In this document: in pieces, positions 39,001 to 51,755 of the stretch
Numbering within the stretch: the first letter of the stretch is position 1
Layout of the letters: each line of letters starts with the position of its first letter
Assembly: GCA_002633005.1 (NCBI GenBank)
Contig: NMRA01000094.1
Span: forward strand, 460,597 to 524,596
Direction of reading: 5' to 3'
DNA from: Phoronis australis
Taxonomy: Eukaryota > Animalia > Phoronida
Length of the DNA: 64,000 nucleotides
Made by a program: the position numbers and the translations under genes
The notes under the pieces: generated by a model
What the model saw: the letters and a program-made list of their open reading frames with translations, nothing else
Told to the model about the DNA's origin: nothing
Databases searched by the model: none

Positions 39001-40287
39001 AGAAACACAATACTCATGGCCATGGATCAATATGACCTGTGACGGCCACAGTCACAGCCACATTGCCTCAAATCTATCTATGAGTCAAATTAGAGAATCT
39101 GTGGGTCTCGGTGAAAAATTTGGCATAATGTGCCAGTTGGCCAAAGTTAAGCAACCCCAGTCATCACACTTTGAAAAGTTGGAAAATACCCAGGGTGCCC
39201 TGACATGATCACAGGGGCATGGCCACCGGTCATTACAAAACGTCCTTGGGGGCATGCACAAAACGACTGAGAGGGCCAAATCTTATTACCACCTCAGCAA
39301 ATGTTGCCAATGGTCAGGGGAGCAACCAAAATTTGTGACGATGGGAGGGACTCAACATTCATTTGGCATACCCCATTGGTTTTTACCTGTTTAGCATTCC
39401 TCCCATGTTCCCCCCTAGGAGGGAATCAACACCCATTTGGCATCCACCTGATTCATGTACCTGGTTTGCACTCCTCCCTTATACTCTCTTTTGCTGGCAC
39501 CTGGGGGCAACTCCCCCCTGAACCCCCAGGAGCAATCCCTAAAATTATGTATTCCATGGAGGTATGAAATGTTAAAAGGAACGGTAATATGCGTTATTAA
39601 GAACTCAAACATGAAAGAAACCATAATGTCTTTTGAAGGTAGCTTCGAGAGAATGTAAGCAAATACACTTTAATATTGATTAAAGCACACATTTTCATTC
39701 TCATTCGATTATAAGTGGATGTTTGTTTACGCATTTTACCCATTTTCAACCACACAGTGATTTTATTGCACGTCGAACGTCAATAAAGTATAAATTTATC
39801 AGTGTTTGCATAGTTCGGACTCCGCCGCTAAATTAGTGTTGCTTATTTGCCGCTTGGGGCGCTAGTTTTACGACCGATAACCATGGCGACGAATGGCAAG
39901 ATGGCGGAGTGAACAGTCCTATTGTACTACACTCCTTGGTTCGTCTTTGAGTGGATTTTCTGTATGCTCGACTGACGTCACTGGACGGTCACTCAATAGT
40001 TCTGACCTTTGTGGCATACATGTACGTTATAAAAATGGTTGCTGGTATCGATTTTTATCTACAGAATGATTTCAATAATTTTCTAAGACATTCGTGTTTC
40101 CTATTGTCTATTTGAAATTAGAATATTCATCATCATTTCTAAAATCTATTGGTCTAGCTACTGCAACTGCTAGCCTATTTTGGTCAGTCCTTTCTCTGGT
40201 CATCTTCAGGTGTTACAGCGTGGTTTTAGAAGAATGAGTACAGATGTATGATACACCTGAGGTGGCAGTGATTAGCCCTTTTTTCTT

Positions 40288-40359
40288 GGCAGAAGCTGGG
40301 ATTGAATCAGGGACCTTTGAATTATCAGGCCAGTACTCTAACCACTGCAGCACGGATTC
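40288..40359 (-). mobile_element. tRNA-derived (SINE-head-like) sequence, not a functional tRNA
   Basis: - strand ccgtgctgcagtggttagagtactggcctgataattcaaaggtccctgattcaatcccagc: A-box-like gcagtggttag, degenerate B-box gattcaatccc, acceptor stem not intact. Confidence 0.55.
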
Positions 40360-40864
40360 ATTCACTAACTTAGAGGGAAATTGGCAATGTTTATATCTTC
40401 CTTAGGAGTCTTATCCAGAGGTTGGTGCGAAAAGATTTTAAAAATGATGTTACCATATCACCACCTCAAAGCGGTTTTACGAAGACAGAATATCCATGAT
40501 AGCTACAGACCATCTTAATAGTACACATTGGGGATTGTTTATTCCCAGCCTGTGCGCCCTTCTTCAACACAGCAAATTAGCAATTCTGCTTCCGTGTCTT
40601 GCACTGCAGGTCATGTCTTGTCTAAATTGTAATTCATCTACACTAACATCTACCTAATACAGGTAAGCAGGTGTGTTTTGGTGTAACACCTGTCTCAATG
40701 ACAAACGACTTCCAAGTAAAACTTCGTTTAAGTTGATCTCAAAAGCTTATTCTACATTTTATTGAACACGGTAGCATGACATCACTTCAGAAATACCAAT
40801 GACAGACGTCATTTGTTGCGCATGCGTTGTCTACGAACAGTAATGCTATTTTCATTCATTTTAG

Positions 40865-41005
40865 GTACCATCCAACCGGAATTGTATCAAAAAAGTAACC
40901 TGGTTCTCCGACAGCAAAGTAGCTCGGAAAAGAATCTGGGTAAAATACACGTTCGACTTCGATATGACTTCAAAACGTCAGACCTTGTTGTTCACCTCAT
41001 TGAAG
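40865..41005 (+). CDS. Synaptotagmin-family protein, coding exon 3 (GTIQPELY motif, start of C2A)
   Basis: Acceptor ttttag|GT (phase 1); GTIQPELYQK...LGKIHVRLRYDFKTSDLVVHLIE; donor G|gtgagt (phase 1). Confidence 0.9.
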
Positions 41006-42160
41006 GTGAGTGAGTAAGTGTATTTAGAGAACCGTCTGAGTCTTAGGACGGGGTACCTCAGTGAAAATGAAGAATCGAAACATCTAGACTGAAAATCTAG
41101 GCTTCTGGATCTAAAGTGGGACATCTGGATCTATGCCAAATACAAGGGTCAAATGTCCCCTGCAACACCCAAAAACGCCCGGCGGCGTTTATTTTTAATC
41201 GAGCTGGAAAATAGGGGTCAATCGTATGGAAAATCACAAAAATATATGACAATACGCCACGTAGATCAAAAACAAGCTTTTCTGAATGTGTGACCGGATG
41301 CGGGATAAACTTTCAAAAAGCCGGACAATTCTGCCAAAACTAGCGGGATAGTCGGCAAGTATGCAACAGGTTTATAAACAAGAGTTAGCGGTACATGTTC
41401 ATCAAGAGCAGAATGAGGATCACTGTCTCTTACGACGTTTGAAATATGCTTGACCAAATCCCTTATCTGTAATAATTCAAGTTGGAACACACGCAGATAT
41501 GCAGCACTTAGGAGGGACGTTTTGATCTTTGCACCATACACCGCGCCGTGACAAGCAATTTAATTTCGCCTGGTCATTTTCCAAGCTTATGGAATCATTT
41601 CTAAGTCCGTATGAAGTGAGACCGATTTCACGAGTGGTCTAACCAAAAGTTGTTTTTGACAGAAGGGCGCGGGTTAGTTTCTTTTAAGCCGCATCACATG
41701 AACACCGTGATGAACTCGCCGTCCTTCAAGAAACTAACTTTTGATTTAGACCTTTAGTCGCTACACATTCTTCTCGCTTTGTTCTTGGTCATATTAAAAT
41801 TGAGTGTTCATATTGCTTGAGATCAGGTTGAATAAGTTGGTTTGACACGCTGAATCATTTCATTTGCCTACCACGGTTGAAATCATGAACAAATTCTAAA
41901 TCTTGATAAAAACTAGTTGAGGTCAGTTTGATGACTGTAACAGTTTTGGCGGATGGCGAGTTTTCTTAAATCCTCGAGAATACGCAAACAAATATGTTTG
42001 TGGATTATTGTTTTGAAGACCGTCTGTATACACAGAAACACAATATCTTTGGGGATATTTAATTAGCCTACGTTTATATATGCAAATGGTCGGAAACTTT
42101 CCCGTTCCTCCGAGTTCGCTGTGCTAGAGCTAGTAGTGCGTTCTATAGACCCAAAAAAAC

Positions 42161-42838
42161 CGCCAGACCAGCCAATGCCATACATTACATGCCAGACCAG
42201 CCAATGCCATGCACTACATGCAGGACCAGCCAATGGCATGCATTACATGACTACCCTATGCCACGCACACATGCAATACCACCCAATGGCATGCATTACA
42301 TGATACACCACCCAATGCCATACATTACATGTAAGACCACCCAATGCCATGCACTGCATGCAAAACCAGCTAATGCTATCATGATCACACAATGCCGTGC
42401 ATTACATAACCACCCAATGCCATGCGTTACATGCAAGGCCACCTAATGGCATACATTACATGTCAGACCAGCTAATGCCATGCACTGCATGCAGGACCAG
42501 CCAATGCCATACATTACATTTCAGAACACCCAATGCCACGCATTACATGCAAAACCACCCAAGGGCATACATTACATGCCAGACCACCCAATGCCATACA
42601 TTACATGCCAGACCACCCAATGCCATACATTACATGCCAGACCACCCAATGCCATACATTACATGCCAGACCACCCAATGCCATGGACTGCATGTAAGAC
42701 CACCCAAGGGCATACATTACATGTCAGACCACCCAATGCCATGCACTGCATGTAAGACCACCCAATGTCATACATTACATGTCAGACCACCGAATGCCAT
42801 GCACTGCATGTAAGACCAGCCAATGCCATGCATTACAT
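42161..42838. repeat. 29-bp minisatellite, ~23 copies, intronic
   Basis: Consensus gccagaccacccaatgccatacattacat; agacc at 42581, 42610, 42639 and 42668. Confidence 0.93.
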
Positions 42839-44612
42839 ACAAAGCACTAAGTGTAATATTCTTGAATCCATGAAACGCAACTCAGCTGCAAGCCCTTTGT
42901 TAAACACAAATATCTATAAAATATTGCTTACAAGAGTATTCTAGGAAAATGTCGGTTAATGAATGAGAGACCCAGAGTAATTTCAGCGATAATTGATTTA
43001 TTGATTTGTTAATTGATTGAATGGTTGGTAATATGGTTGCCTCATTCATGGAGGTCGCTACAACGGTCCATTATCTGCTATAAAATGTTCTTTTTCGCGC
43101 TTTTTAAAGTTTGGAAATGTTTAATTCATATCTTCTCAAAAATAAAAACTCCAATTCACGACAAAGCAGGCTTAACGCAGATTTTCGAACTTTTTGAAAC
43201 AGAAATAATTATATTGCCACATTCTGATTATTTTATTTTTGACATTTGTATTATGTTCAATACGGTTATGTTTTTATTACGCGTTTTTTTTTAATTTGAA
43301 TAAGGTTCAAGCGGAAGTGTGTTGATAGGCTCGTCCTAGTTCATAAGTTTTACGAATTCAAACGGTAGTCGACAACGGGTCGATAGAAAACTCCGGAGAA
43401 TCGGTAAGAGCATGGGGTTGATAAAGGATCGATGGAATGTGCTCAATTGTGAGTCTCATGAACAAAAATTAGTTTGGTGTGTGATTGTTTATTATAACCA
43501 TCCGAGCTGATACAAGAATTTTTAATTGGACAGCAGGATCACTTACCTGTATATGCAAAAAGAGTCAATAAACCTCTCTGTAAAAGAACACTCAAGGCAA
43601 AGTCAAGCACGTGAGCAAACTGCAGAGGATATACAGTTGATCAGTCATTGGAATCACACACGTCAAACAGAATAACCTTAGACTATCATGTTTTCTCATC
43701 TACGACAGATATTTCTCAATGGATCACTTGTCAGTGACACTACACTGCAAATACGAGTCACATTTCCAAACTGACGTCTTGTTGAGTGCTTTCTATTGAC
43801 TGTTTTGGCACTTTTGGGAGGGTTCTGGGGACAGGCTCCCTAGCTTTTTTGGGTTCTGGTGACACATTCGTTTATTTTAATTCGCACGCACCTCTAATCT
43901 AGTCGGGATTCTGTTGAATATAACAAAACAACATGGCATCGCTCCTTCCACCAACGACCAACAGAGAATACGGAGGTGACCAGTCTTAGGTATTACGTAA
44001 TGATTGCTCACGTGAAGGGCAAATTAGATCACTCTGTTGGTTGTCTTTGCCATGCTTAATGAAGGTTTGTTCAAACAGATCAATACAGATCTCTTTGTGG
44101 CACTGTGTGCCACACTTGAGTTGGTGATAACACGTAAAGAAATAGCATGAGGTTAACCAATTCAACTCCATTCAAAAATCTATAAACAGATATAAGTACT
44201 AATGTCCTTGAGTTAATTATATTACGGATAGCCCAAAGCGCTAACTCTACCTCGTCAGAGCATAATTGACAGGAAAAGACCGGAGAGTCATGAGTATCCA
44301 AGCAACTAAGTACAGTTTTACCTGCTAAGAGAACTTTAATACCACGCAATCTTCGACATCCGTGACGCGCAGTCATTAACTAAGCTAAATTTATGTAAAC
44401 CTTTTGTTCTATTAAATGCAACAATATCCTCGATTACTCTTTTAATGGTTTTCAGCATTGGAATATTCTGAGCAATATTTTTAGAGTTATTTCAGCCTTT
44501 AGTTTTCATTCTATCTCTAAAAACAAACATGAACTCAAAAATACTGTCAAAAATAACAAATTGAACGACTTAAAATTTGTCATTGCTCAAGTCTTTTTAG
44601 CAACTTATCAGC

Positions 44613-44677
44613 ATTATTATTATTGTTGTTGTTGTTGTTGCCGTTGTTGGTGTTGTTGTTATTGTTGTTGTTATTGT
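44613..44677. repeat. Imperfect (TTA)/(TTG) microsatellite
   Basis: attattattattgttgttgtt... run. Confidence 0.85.
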
Positions 44678-45857
44678 GCCTAAACGTGTGCAGTATCACT
44701 TAACATTATCAGCGATACTTATAAAAACCGAACAAGACATTAAGTAACTCAAAGTCCTAATAATAAAAACATGTAAATGAAGATAAACCTATGTAGTCTA
44801 AGCAATATTAAGTGATTAAAACATGTATGAATATGAAAATATATAATAAAATATCTGCTAAAAGCTGAGGTATTTCCAAAAGAAACGTAGTTTAAACAGT
44901 TTGAAGTGAAATATACGTGCAGTATGATATGCGTCTTTGAATAATATTTTAATTACTCCCTGAAGGATAGGTAATTCCATAGATAGTCTATGGTAATTCC
45001 ATAGATAGTCTATGGTAATTCCAATCGTTGCTGTCATCACACTGCTGTTTACTCCAAAACAACACCGGCAACTGAATTTAAAAAAGCCTCAGCTCATCAG
45101 ACTTTGTTTTTACGCGTGGTACTATCAGTTCGTGAATGCGAGGTGACGTATGTAATTAAAAATGTTTTGAAAAGTTACCCTACACATACATATGTGCCCG
45201 AAAGGGAATTTTAAATATTATGCGAAATTTATAAACATGTAGCTGAAGGCTCATTCAGTGAACCATTTTATATGAGTAGTACTTTAGCATTTGACATTTA
45301 AGAACGTTTGTGAACATAGCTTATTGCCTTTTATGCGATCAAGCGAATGAATGACATGCTTAGCGAATGTTTTTGCCTTTTAACCTAGGAAGAATGGAAA
45401 TTGTTGGCTTATGATTCGCCAACAATCGCATCTGGGTATGAGTCGTCTTTAAACATGACATGGGAGAACTACAGGGACTAAAGGTGTTGATCATTAACGT
45501 TGTCATGGTAACGTTGAAACCCATTCACAACGTTGGCTGTCATTCAACTAGTTAATAAAAGTCTGATATATCACCACGTGAAACTCATCTTTTGTTCCCC
45601 TTGGTGTGATATATTATCATTGTTCAGGAAAGCGTAAAATCTGTTCAAACCATTGTGGAGTTCGTCCATGAACCGGCCGCGTGTTTGCTGAGGCCGTGAG
45701 AAACGTATTTTTGAATCATGTTACCACGATCCGTTCTACCAATCATAGTTTTATAGGGCACCGCAAAGTCTGTGGTGGAGACTCGAGTTCCTTGGTAATA
45801 CAAATATCATAATGCATTTTGTTAAGTAATTTGAATTATTTTTGTGCTGTATTTCAG

Positions 45858-46171
45858 CCCAGAATTTGCCTGCTATGGACATGGTTGGTGGATTTAGCGA
45901 CCCGTATATCACAGTAGATCTGCTGCCTCCTATAGATTCTAAAGCCAGAAAATCCGGAGTGAAACGTAACACGCTCAATCCGTTGTTTGATGAAGTGTTT
46001 AAATTTCCCATAACTTTTGACGAACTGAAAGAGCGACAGGGTGTTTTCTCTGTTTATGATTACGACAAGTTCTCCCGGAATGACGTCATTGGACAAGTGA
46101 TCGTAGACTTTAGCGCGATAGATGTCAGCTCAAGCGTGGAACTGTGGAGTGACATACAGTCTTTTAAAGAG
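45858..46171 (+). CDS. Synaptotagmin-family protein, coding exon 4 (C2A core)
   Basis: Acceptor tttcag|CC (phase 1); AQNLPAMDMVGGFSDPY...RNTLNPLFDEVFKF...VYDYDKFSRNDVIGQV...WSDIQSFKE; donor GAG|gtaatg (phase 0). Confidence 0.95.
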
Positions 46172-46602
46172 GTAATGTTTTTGTGACATACATATGTATA
46201 CCTACGATACAGATTTTGCAATTCTAAATCTTACTTTTGTTAGTTACAATCTCCCAACGAAGCAAACGTTGATACATGGACGAGTGCTATTCACCATGAC
46301 ATGAATCGGTTTGCGTACTCCACTGGTCATATTTATCGTCCATTCTGTATTTGCGCACTCCACTTGCCAAATTTGCCGTACATCCTGCATTTTTAACAAT
46401 TGCTCCTGATCGGGTTACCGTCGCCATTTTCATTGATAAGCCTACCGAAAATTACGTGATGTTTGTGACGTTTTGCTTTGGAACCGGCCGAGTGTTTCTT
46501 TTGATTGTGGCAAAATCAATTTGCATACGACCTCGGGTCAAGGGGAAGGCATTATCGATTTATGTTGCTGCTAACATTCTCACGTGGCGCAAGTATGCAT
46601 AA

Positions 46603-46812
46603 CATGCGCGCATCCAGCCTAAAAAATGAGGGGCTCGAATTTTTGAGAATTTTACTAAAAAACGGGCTACGTTCAGAGCTAACGGTTGCATCTGCGGATC
46701 TTTGTCTCGTTTCCTACTTTTCGGATTTTTTGCTTGTGTGGGGAGGACCTTTTTGCCCATTTCGCCAAATGGGGGGCTCGAATGAGCCCCCTTCCCCTTG
46801 GGTGCTCGCACG
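46603..46812. mobile_element. 210-bp MITE with 5-bp TSD CATAA (hAT-like)
   Basis: Termini catgcgcgcatcc / gggtgctcgcacg; cataa at 46598..46602 and 46813..46817. Confidence 0.7.
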
Positions 46813-47191
46813 CATAACCTTGCAAAGACTATATTTTACAACAAAAGCAAACGCAAGATGAACGTTGAAATGTTAAGCCATGAGATTTTCAAGCAAATCG
46901 TGTTTTTTCATGTCACCGTGTTTAGCAGGCTAAATAACCTCCATGTCCCTGCTAATGCTCAGCACGAGTCATTGTGTCAGATTCAGGAATCGCAATCACC
47001 ACAGGTTGCACAAACCTGGTCCAAACATGCGGCCATTCAGTTAGATTTTTTGTATTTCTGGGTTCTTTGAGTGCTACCTGGTCGTTGAGCAGCAATGTCT
47101 GCACTTGGTTGACTTCGCCGGTTCTGCTGGATCAACCAGCTAAGACATCTGATTGGTTTATAAGTAGGAAGTTGTCACCGGGAACTCATCA

Positions 47192-47330
47192 GCCTCCCGT
47201 TCATTAACGGTAATACCTCGCTAAAAAGCAAGACTTTGCGATATTACATGAGATATTGCCATGTATTTTAAATGGCATCACGTGATTTTGGCTTGATTTT
47301 AGCTGGGTCCTAGCGTTACTGAACGCACGC
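47192..47330. mobile_element. ~140-bp MITE (family copy 3)
   Basis: gcctcccgttca...ggtcctagcgttactgaacgcacgc, colinear with 35874..36025. Confidence 0.75.
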
Positions 47331-47650
47331 CAAGTGTCTTAGCCGGTTGACCTGGCAGAACCGCGGTCAAGTCACTCAAGGGTATCCAATGCCACAGGGA
47401 CGCCAAGTGGCCGCCAAACCTGACCTACCGCAAGAAATTAATTTACAGGCAGCGGCTACAGTCTAACTGTCTGCTGTCACTCTTGGAATATTATAGACCG
47501 ACTTTATGACAATGAAGGCCTAATTCGACGTTTTCAGCCAACTAAACTGGCGAAATTCAGCTTCAAGTAAACGTGTCAACAAAACGCTAGAATAAGACAA
47601 ACTATTAATAATATGCGTGAACATTCAGCAACTTTCCTTCTTTGTTTCAG

Positions 47651-47771
47651 TCGAGAGACGATTGGGGCCAACTACTTTTGTCTCTAAACTATCTGCCGGC
47701 TGCGGAGCGCCTCACTGTGGTGATAATGAAAGCTACAAAACTGAAGGGTGCAACGTCTTCTGCTACCTTAG
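47651..47771 (+). CDS. Synaptotagmin-family protein, coding exon 5 (start of C2B)
   Basis: Acceptor tttcag|TCG (phase 0); SRDDWGQLLLSLNYLPAAERLTVVIMKATKLKGATSSATL; donor G|gtattc (phase 1). Confidence 0.92.
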
Positions 47772-48039
47772 GTATTCGGCTTTTGGCAAGAAATGTTATC
47801 ATACACTCTCCTGATCGGAACAGATTTTCAAATTAGTCAGTTCTTGTTTTATTTTCGAAAACTGAGAGCAAGTTGTCGCTTATAATCAGTGTTCAAGATG
47901 ACCACGTGTCATTTGTAACTCGCTCAGTACGCTCAGACGACTCGTGTGGGTCGAATGACAGGTTCAAAGTTAGACACAAGAGATGATCATATTATATTTG
48001 CATTACACAACAAATTAGCATTCCATGTTCACTTTCTAG

Positions 48040-48344
48040 ATCCATACACAAAAGTGTCTGTACTTAATGATGGCAAGGTGATAAAGAAAAAGAAAACGAC
48101 GACGCAGAAGGGCACGTGCGAACCGGTGTGGAACGAAGCAATGGTTTTTCACGTATCCGCAGCCATGTTGGACAAAATTTCATTGGAAATATCTCTTGTT
48201 CACCATGACCCTTCTGGCGCTCGTGATGTCGTCGGTCACGTGATTATGAACAAGGACAGACATGGGAAAGAGGGGTCTCACTGGAAAGAAGCTTTGATTC
48301 ATTCAAGGAAAACCATAGCGTTATGGCATAAACTTCACAAGTGA
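48040..48344 (+). CDS. Synaptotagmin-family protein, last coding exon (C2B, polybasic KKKKT, C-terminal WHxL)
   Basis: Acceptor ttctag|AT (phase 1); DPYTKVSVL..KKKKTTTQKGTCEPVWNEAMVF...IALWHKLHK-TGA. The six exons sum to 1299 nt = 432 aa plus stop. Confidence 0.95.
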
Positions 48345-48936
48345 TATTTGTTATTAGCAGAATTTCACATTATCTAACGATGAAATGGAACTCATGTTTC
48401 ACGCTAGAGAACATTGGAAACTGCAGTTGTATTCAACGCCTTTGTCAGGTGTGATAATGGTTAAACCAATTCGACCGTAGGCGACATCCGGTACAGTAAA
48501 GAGCATGTTCCTATACAAAGCGGATGAACAGATTTCGATATCTCATTTCAGCCATGTATTTTTTAATAGAATATGCTATTTTAAGACATATACTAATGTG
48601 TTGTTTTAAAATGTTTATTAATCCGTTAGATAACATTAAAAGCAGATCGTCTAATTAATACTGGCGTCGCATATTATTTTTAAGTCGTATGACACGGTAG
48701 AGCTGAGAGTCTTCGACTTCAATGACATCATGTTTACAGATAAAGCACCAATGCCACATATGATTACGTTACACGAATGACGACTGGTTTCAAAGCCTCG
48801 AAGACGTGACTGTCACAAAGTTCTTAGATTGTCTGCGACGTGTTTTGCGTTTTACTAAACAAGACTCTTAGTCACGGCGTCGCTAGAAGAAAACATATCC
48901 AACCGACTCTTTGCATTTCTGATGTGCGAACACTGT

Positions 48937-48942
48937 AATAAA
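48937..48942 (+). terminator. Candidate polyadenylation signal of the synaptotagmin gene
   Basis: AATAAA ~590 bp after the stop, followed by a GT-rich stretch (atttgtgttggt). No transcript evidence. Confidence 0.4.
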
Positions 48943-48978
48943 AGCAAATTTAGCTAAAACATTTGTGTTGGTATATGA

Positions 48979-51597
48979 TTTTTATGCGCCCACATATTTA
49001 TATGTGAGCGCATTATACCGTCATCCCCGGTCGCCGTCCGCTCGGCGTCCGTCCGGCGTCTGTCCGGCATCTCTCCGACGTCCGTCCGGCATCCGCCCGT
49101 CCGGCATCCGTCCGTAGTACGGCGTCCGTCCGGCGTCCTCTGCCCTATCTCCAAAATCCTAAGATATATGTTCATGAAATTTTACACAAGTCATGTGTTC
49201 CTTTCATGGATGGGACGGCATGATCGAATAAACAGACGGATCCGACTACCAGTGTGTCCCCTAGTGGCAATTTTAGTTTTTTACGTGTACCCCTGTGTCC
49301 CCAAAGGTCCTCAACAGATTTTAATGGAATTTGGCACTTTGACGTCTGTTAGTGAGATGACGTTATCATTCAGATTTGTGATGGATTCGAGGCATTTTGT
49401 GCCATCTTGGGCCATGTTTACTGTTTTCGATTCTGTTTTTGGCGTCCGCTCCTCTATCAACCAAATCATTCTGAGGATGATTTTGAAAATTGGCGTATAT
49501 GTTCACAGTGTAAAGAGGACGGTTGACGATGACGAATTCAACAACTATGGCATCTTCTAGTAGCAGTTTTATTTTGTTTTGCGTCCATAGTTGTATCTCC
49601 TAAATCACTGCATAATCTTTATTACATTTAATAAGCGTATTTATACGAAGTAACAGACGGTTACGACTTTCAGACGGATACGACGAACGCTGTGCCCCCA
49701 AGTGACAACTTCATTTCTTCCGTTTTCCTTTGTTTTGATGAAGTTCCGTGGCAGATTTTTATGAAATTTCTTAAATGGCTTTTTATTAAAAAATTGATGA
49801 CATGTTCCCTATTTCGGATGGATTCGACGTATTTTGTACCATTTAGCGGCCATTATATGATACAAATAAACAAATGGAAGCTCACCGTTTGTGGTGAATT
49901 CGTGGGCACATTTCAACGCTCCACGTCGCTCTTGTTCACTAAATTGGTATATATAATCTTGCTGTGAAGAGGGTGACTTACAATAACTACTGTGACGCAT
50001 CCTAGTGACATTTTTTTGTTTTTGTTTGGCTGTGTCTTCTAAATGCGCTGCGGGATCTTTATTAAATTTCTCAAGTGTATTTATATAAAATTGACAACGA
50101 ACGACGACGGCTTTCGGGCGGATCCGACTACCAGTGTGCTCCCTAGTGGAAATTTTCGATTTTTAAGTTTACTTCTGTATCTTTAAAGGCCTTCAACAAC
50201 GGATTTTAATAAAATTTGGCAGATAGGCATCCATTAGTGAGGTGACGCTATCCACCCATTTTGGAATGGATTCAAGGTATTTGCGTCACCTAGTGGCCAT
50301 TAATTGTTTTTGCGTCCACCTCCCTATCAACGAAACCAATCTCGGGATGATTATGAAAATTGGCATATTATGTTCTTATTGTAAAGAGGGCGGCTGACAA
50401 TGATTTTCCGACGACTTCGACTACTGTGGCGAGTCTTTGTGGAAGTTTTTTATGTCCCTGTCTGCGTCTTCTAAAATCTCTGCAGGATCTTTATTAAATT
50501 TAGCATGTGAATTTATTTGACGTTGACAACGGACAGCAACGACTTTCAGATGGATGCGACGAACGCTGCGCCTTCTAGTAACAATTTCAATTTTTTACCG
50601 GTTTGTTGTGTTTCTCTGATGTTCGTTGACGCATTTACAGAATTTGGTAACTAGCTTGTCATGTTCCTAGTTTCGGATGGATTTGACGTATTTTGCGCCA
50701 TCTAGTCTGTTTTGGCGTCCACCCCTCTATCAACCAAACACTCTAAGGATGATTTTGGAAAATTGGCTTGCGATGATTTTCGGACGTGTTCAGCTACTCT
50801 GGCCCCTCCTGGTGTCAATTCTGTTGTATCTCCTTTACTCTTTGCAAGACTTTGCCCTTGGCAAGATATGTCTGAAATTTAGTAGATGTGTTTCTATGGA
50901 GATGGCAACAGATGACTGCCAGGATCAGACCTATCCAACTACAGGTGTGCTCCCTAGTGGCAATTGTACTTTTTTACGTTTGTCTCTCTTCAGTGTCCAT
51001 TGATACTTTTTCGTGAAATTGGGCAAACAAAGTTCTGTTACAAGAGCACAGTAAATTAACATTTGTGATGGATTCGGTGTATTCTGCACCTACTAGTGGC
51101 ATATTATAAACATATTAGTCTGTTTTTGCCGTTGGCTTCTGTATCTACCAAGCCGCGTAGAGGATCATTATAAAATCTGGCAGATGTGTTCCTACTGACG
51201 TGGATTTTCAAACGAGTCCAACTGCGGTGTTGTCCTCTACTGCCATATTTAGCAGTCACGACTGTATCTCCTAAACCCCTTGCAAGATGTTTTTTTGAAA
51301 ATTTTCAGTTGTATTCCTATTGACTTGATGGTAGAAGGATGGATTCGACTATTGTTGTCGTTCCTAATGGCAGTTTGATTATTTACGTTTGCCTTTGAAT
51401 CTTTGGAGTTCTTTGACCGATTTTGATAAAATTTGACAAATGTTTTTAAAGACGACGACATCTTACCATTTTGGGATGAGTTCATTGTATTCTGAGCCAT
51501 TTAATTGTCATTTTTATGAGACGGCTAACCACCCCTAGAATCTCACCGTTTGCGTTGCAGTCGTGGGTGCATTTCACGCTCCGTGTTGCTCTTATTT
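48979..51597 (+). mobile_element. Non-autonomous Helentron / DINE-1-type (HINE) rolling-circle element
   Basis: T-run, then 5' hairpin ATGCGCCCACATAT-tt-ATATGTGAGCGCAT (48984..49013). (GTCC)-rich microsatellite ~49035..49137. Degenerate internal tandem repeats. 3' subTIR gtgggtgcat (51563..51572), short stem-loop cacg-ctc-cgtg, then T-rich end. Confidence 0.8.
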
Positions 51598-51755
51598 ATT
51601 ATAGAGGGACATGCCTCAAACTATCCGTCTCAGAAATCAACAAGGAACGCAAAGTGTTTCAACTGGAGTGTTACTTGTACGAAATAACTGCACGTTTTGC
51701 ACTCCGGTGGTGAAACGGACAAACGCAAGCAATCCAGTATCATGAACAAAAAGGA

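Noticed and set aside
39006-39571. GC-richer block with weak end similarity (ccatgga motifs) as a TIR element
   Set aside because: Terminal match too poor, and no TSD or second copy in the window.
40288-40359. Functional tRNA gene
   Set aside because: B-box/T-loop altered (gattcaa) and acceptor stem does not pair; treated as a tRNA-derived repeat.
33169-42813. His/Cys-rich repetitive ORFs at 33169..33910 and 42121..42813 as metal-binding proteins
   Set aside because: Open in several frames only because of the minisatellite units; intronic, with no splice or domain support.
27040-42838. Regular arrays (27040..27600, 30221..30336, 33200..33917, 42161..42838) as CRISPR arrays
   Set aside because: Head-to-tail degenerate units with no unique spacers, no cas genes and a eukaryotic intron context: these are minisatellites.
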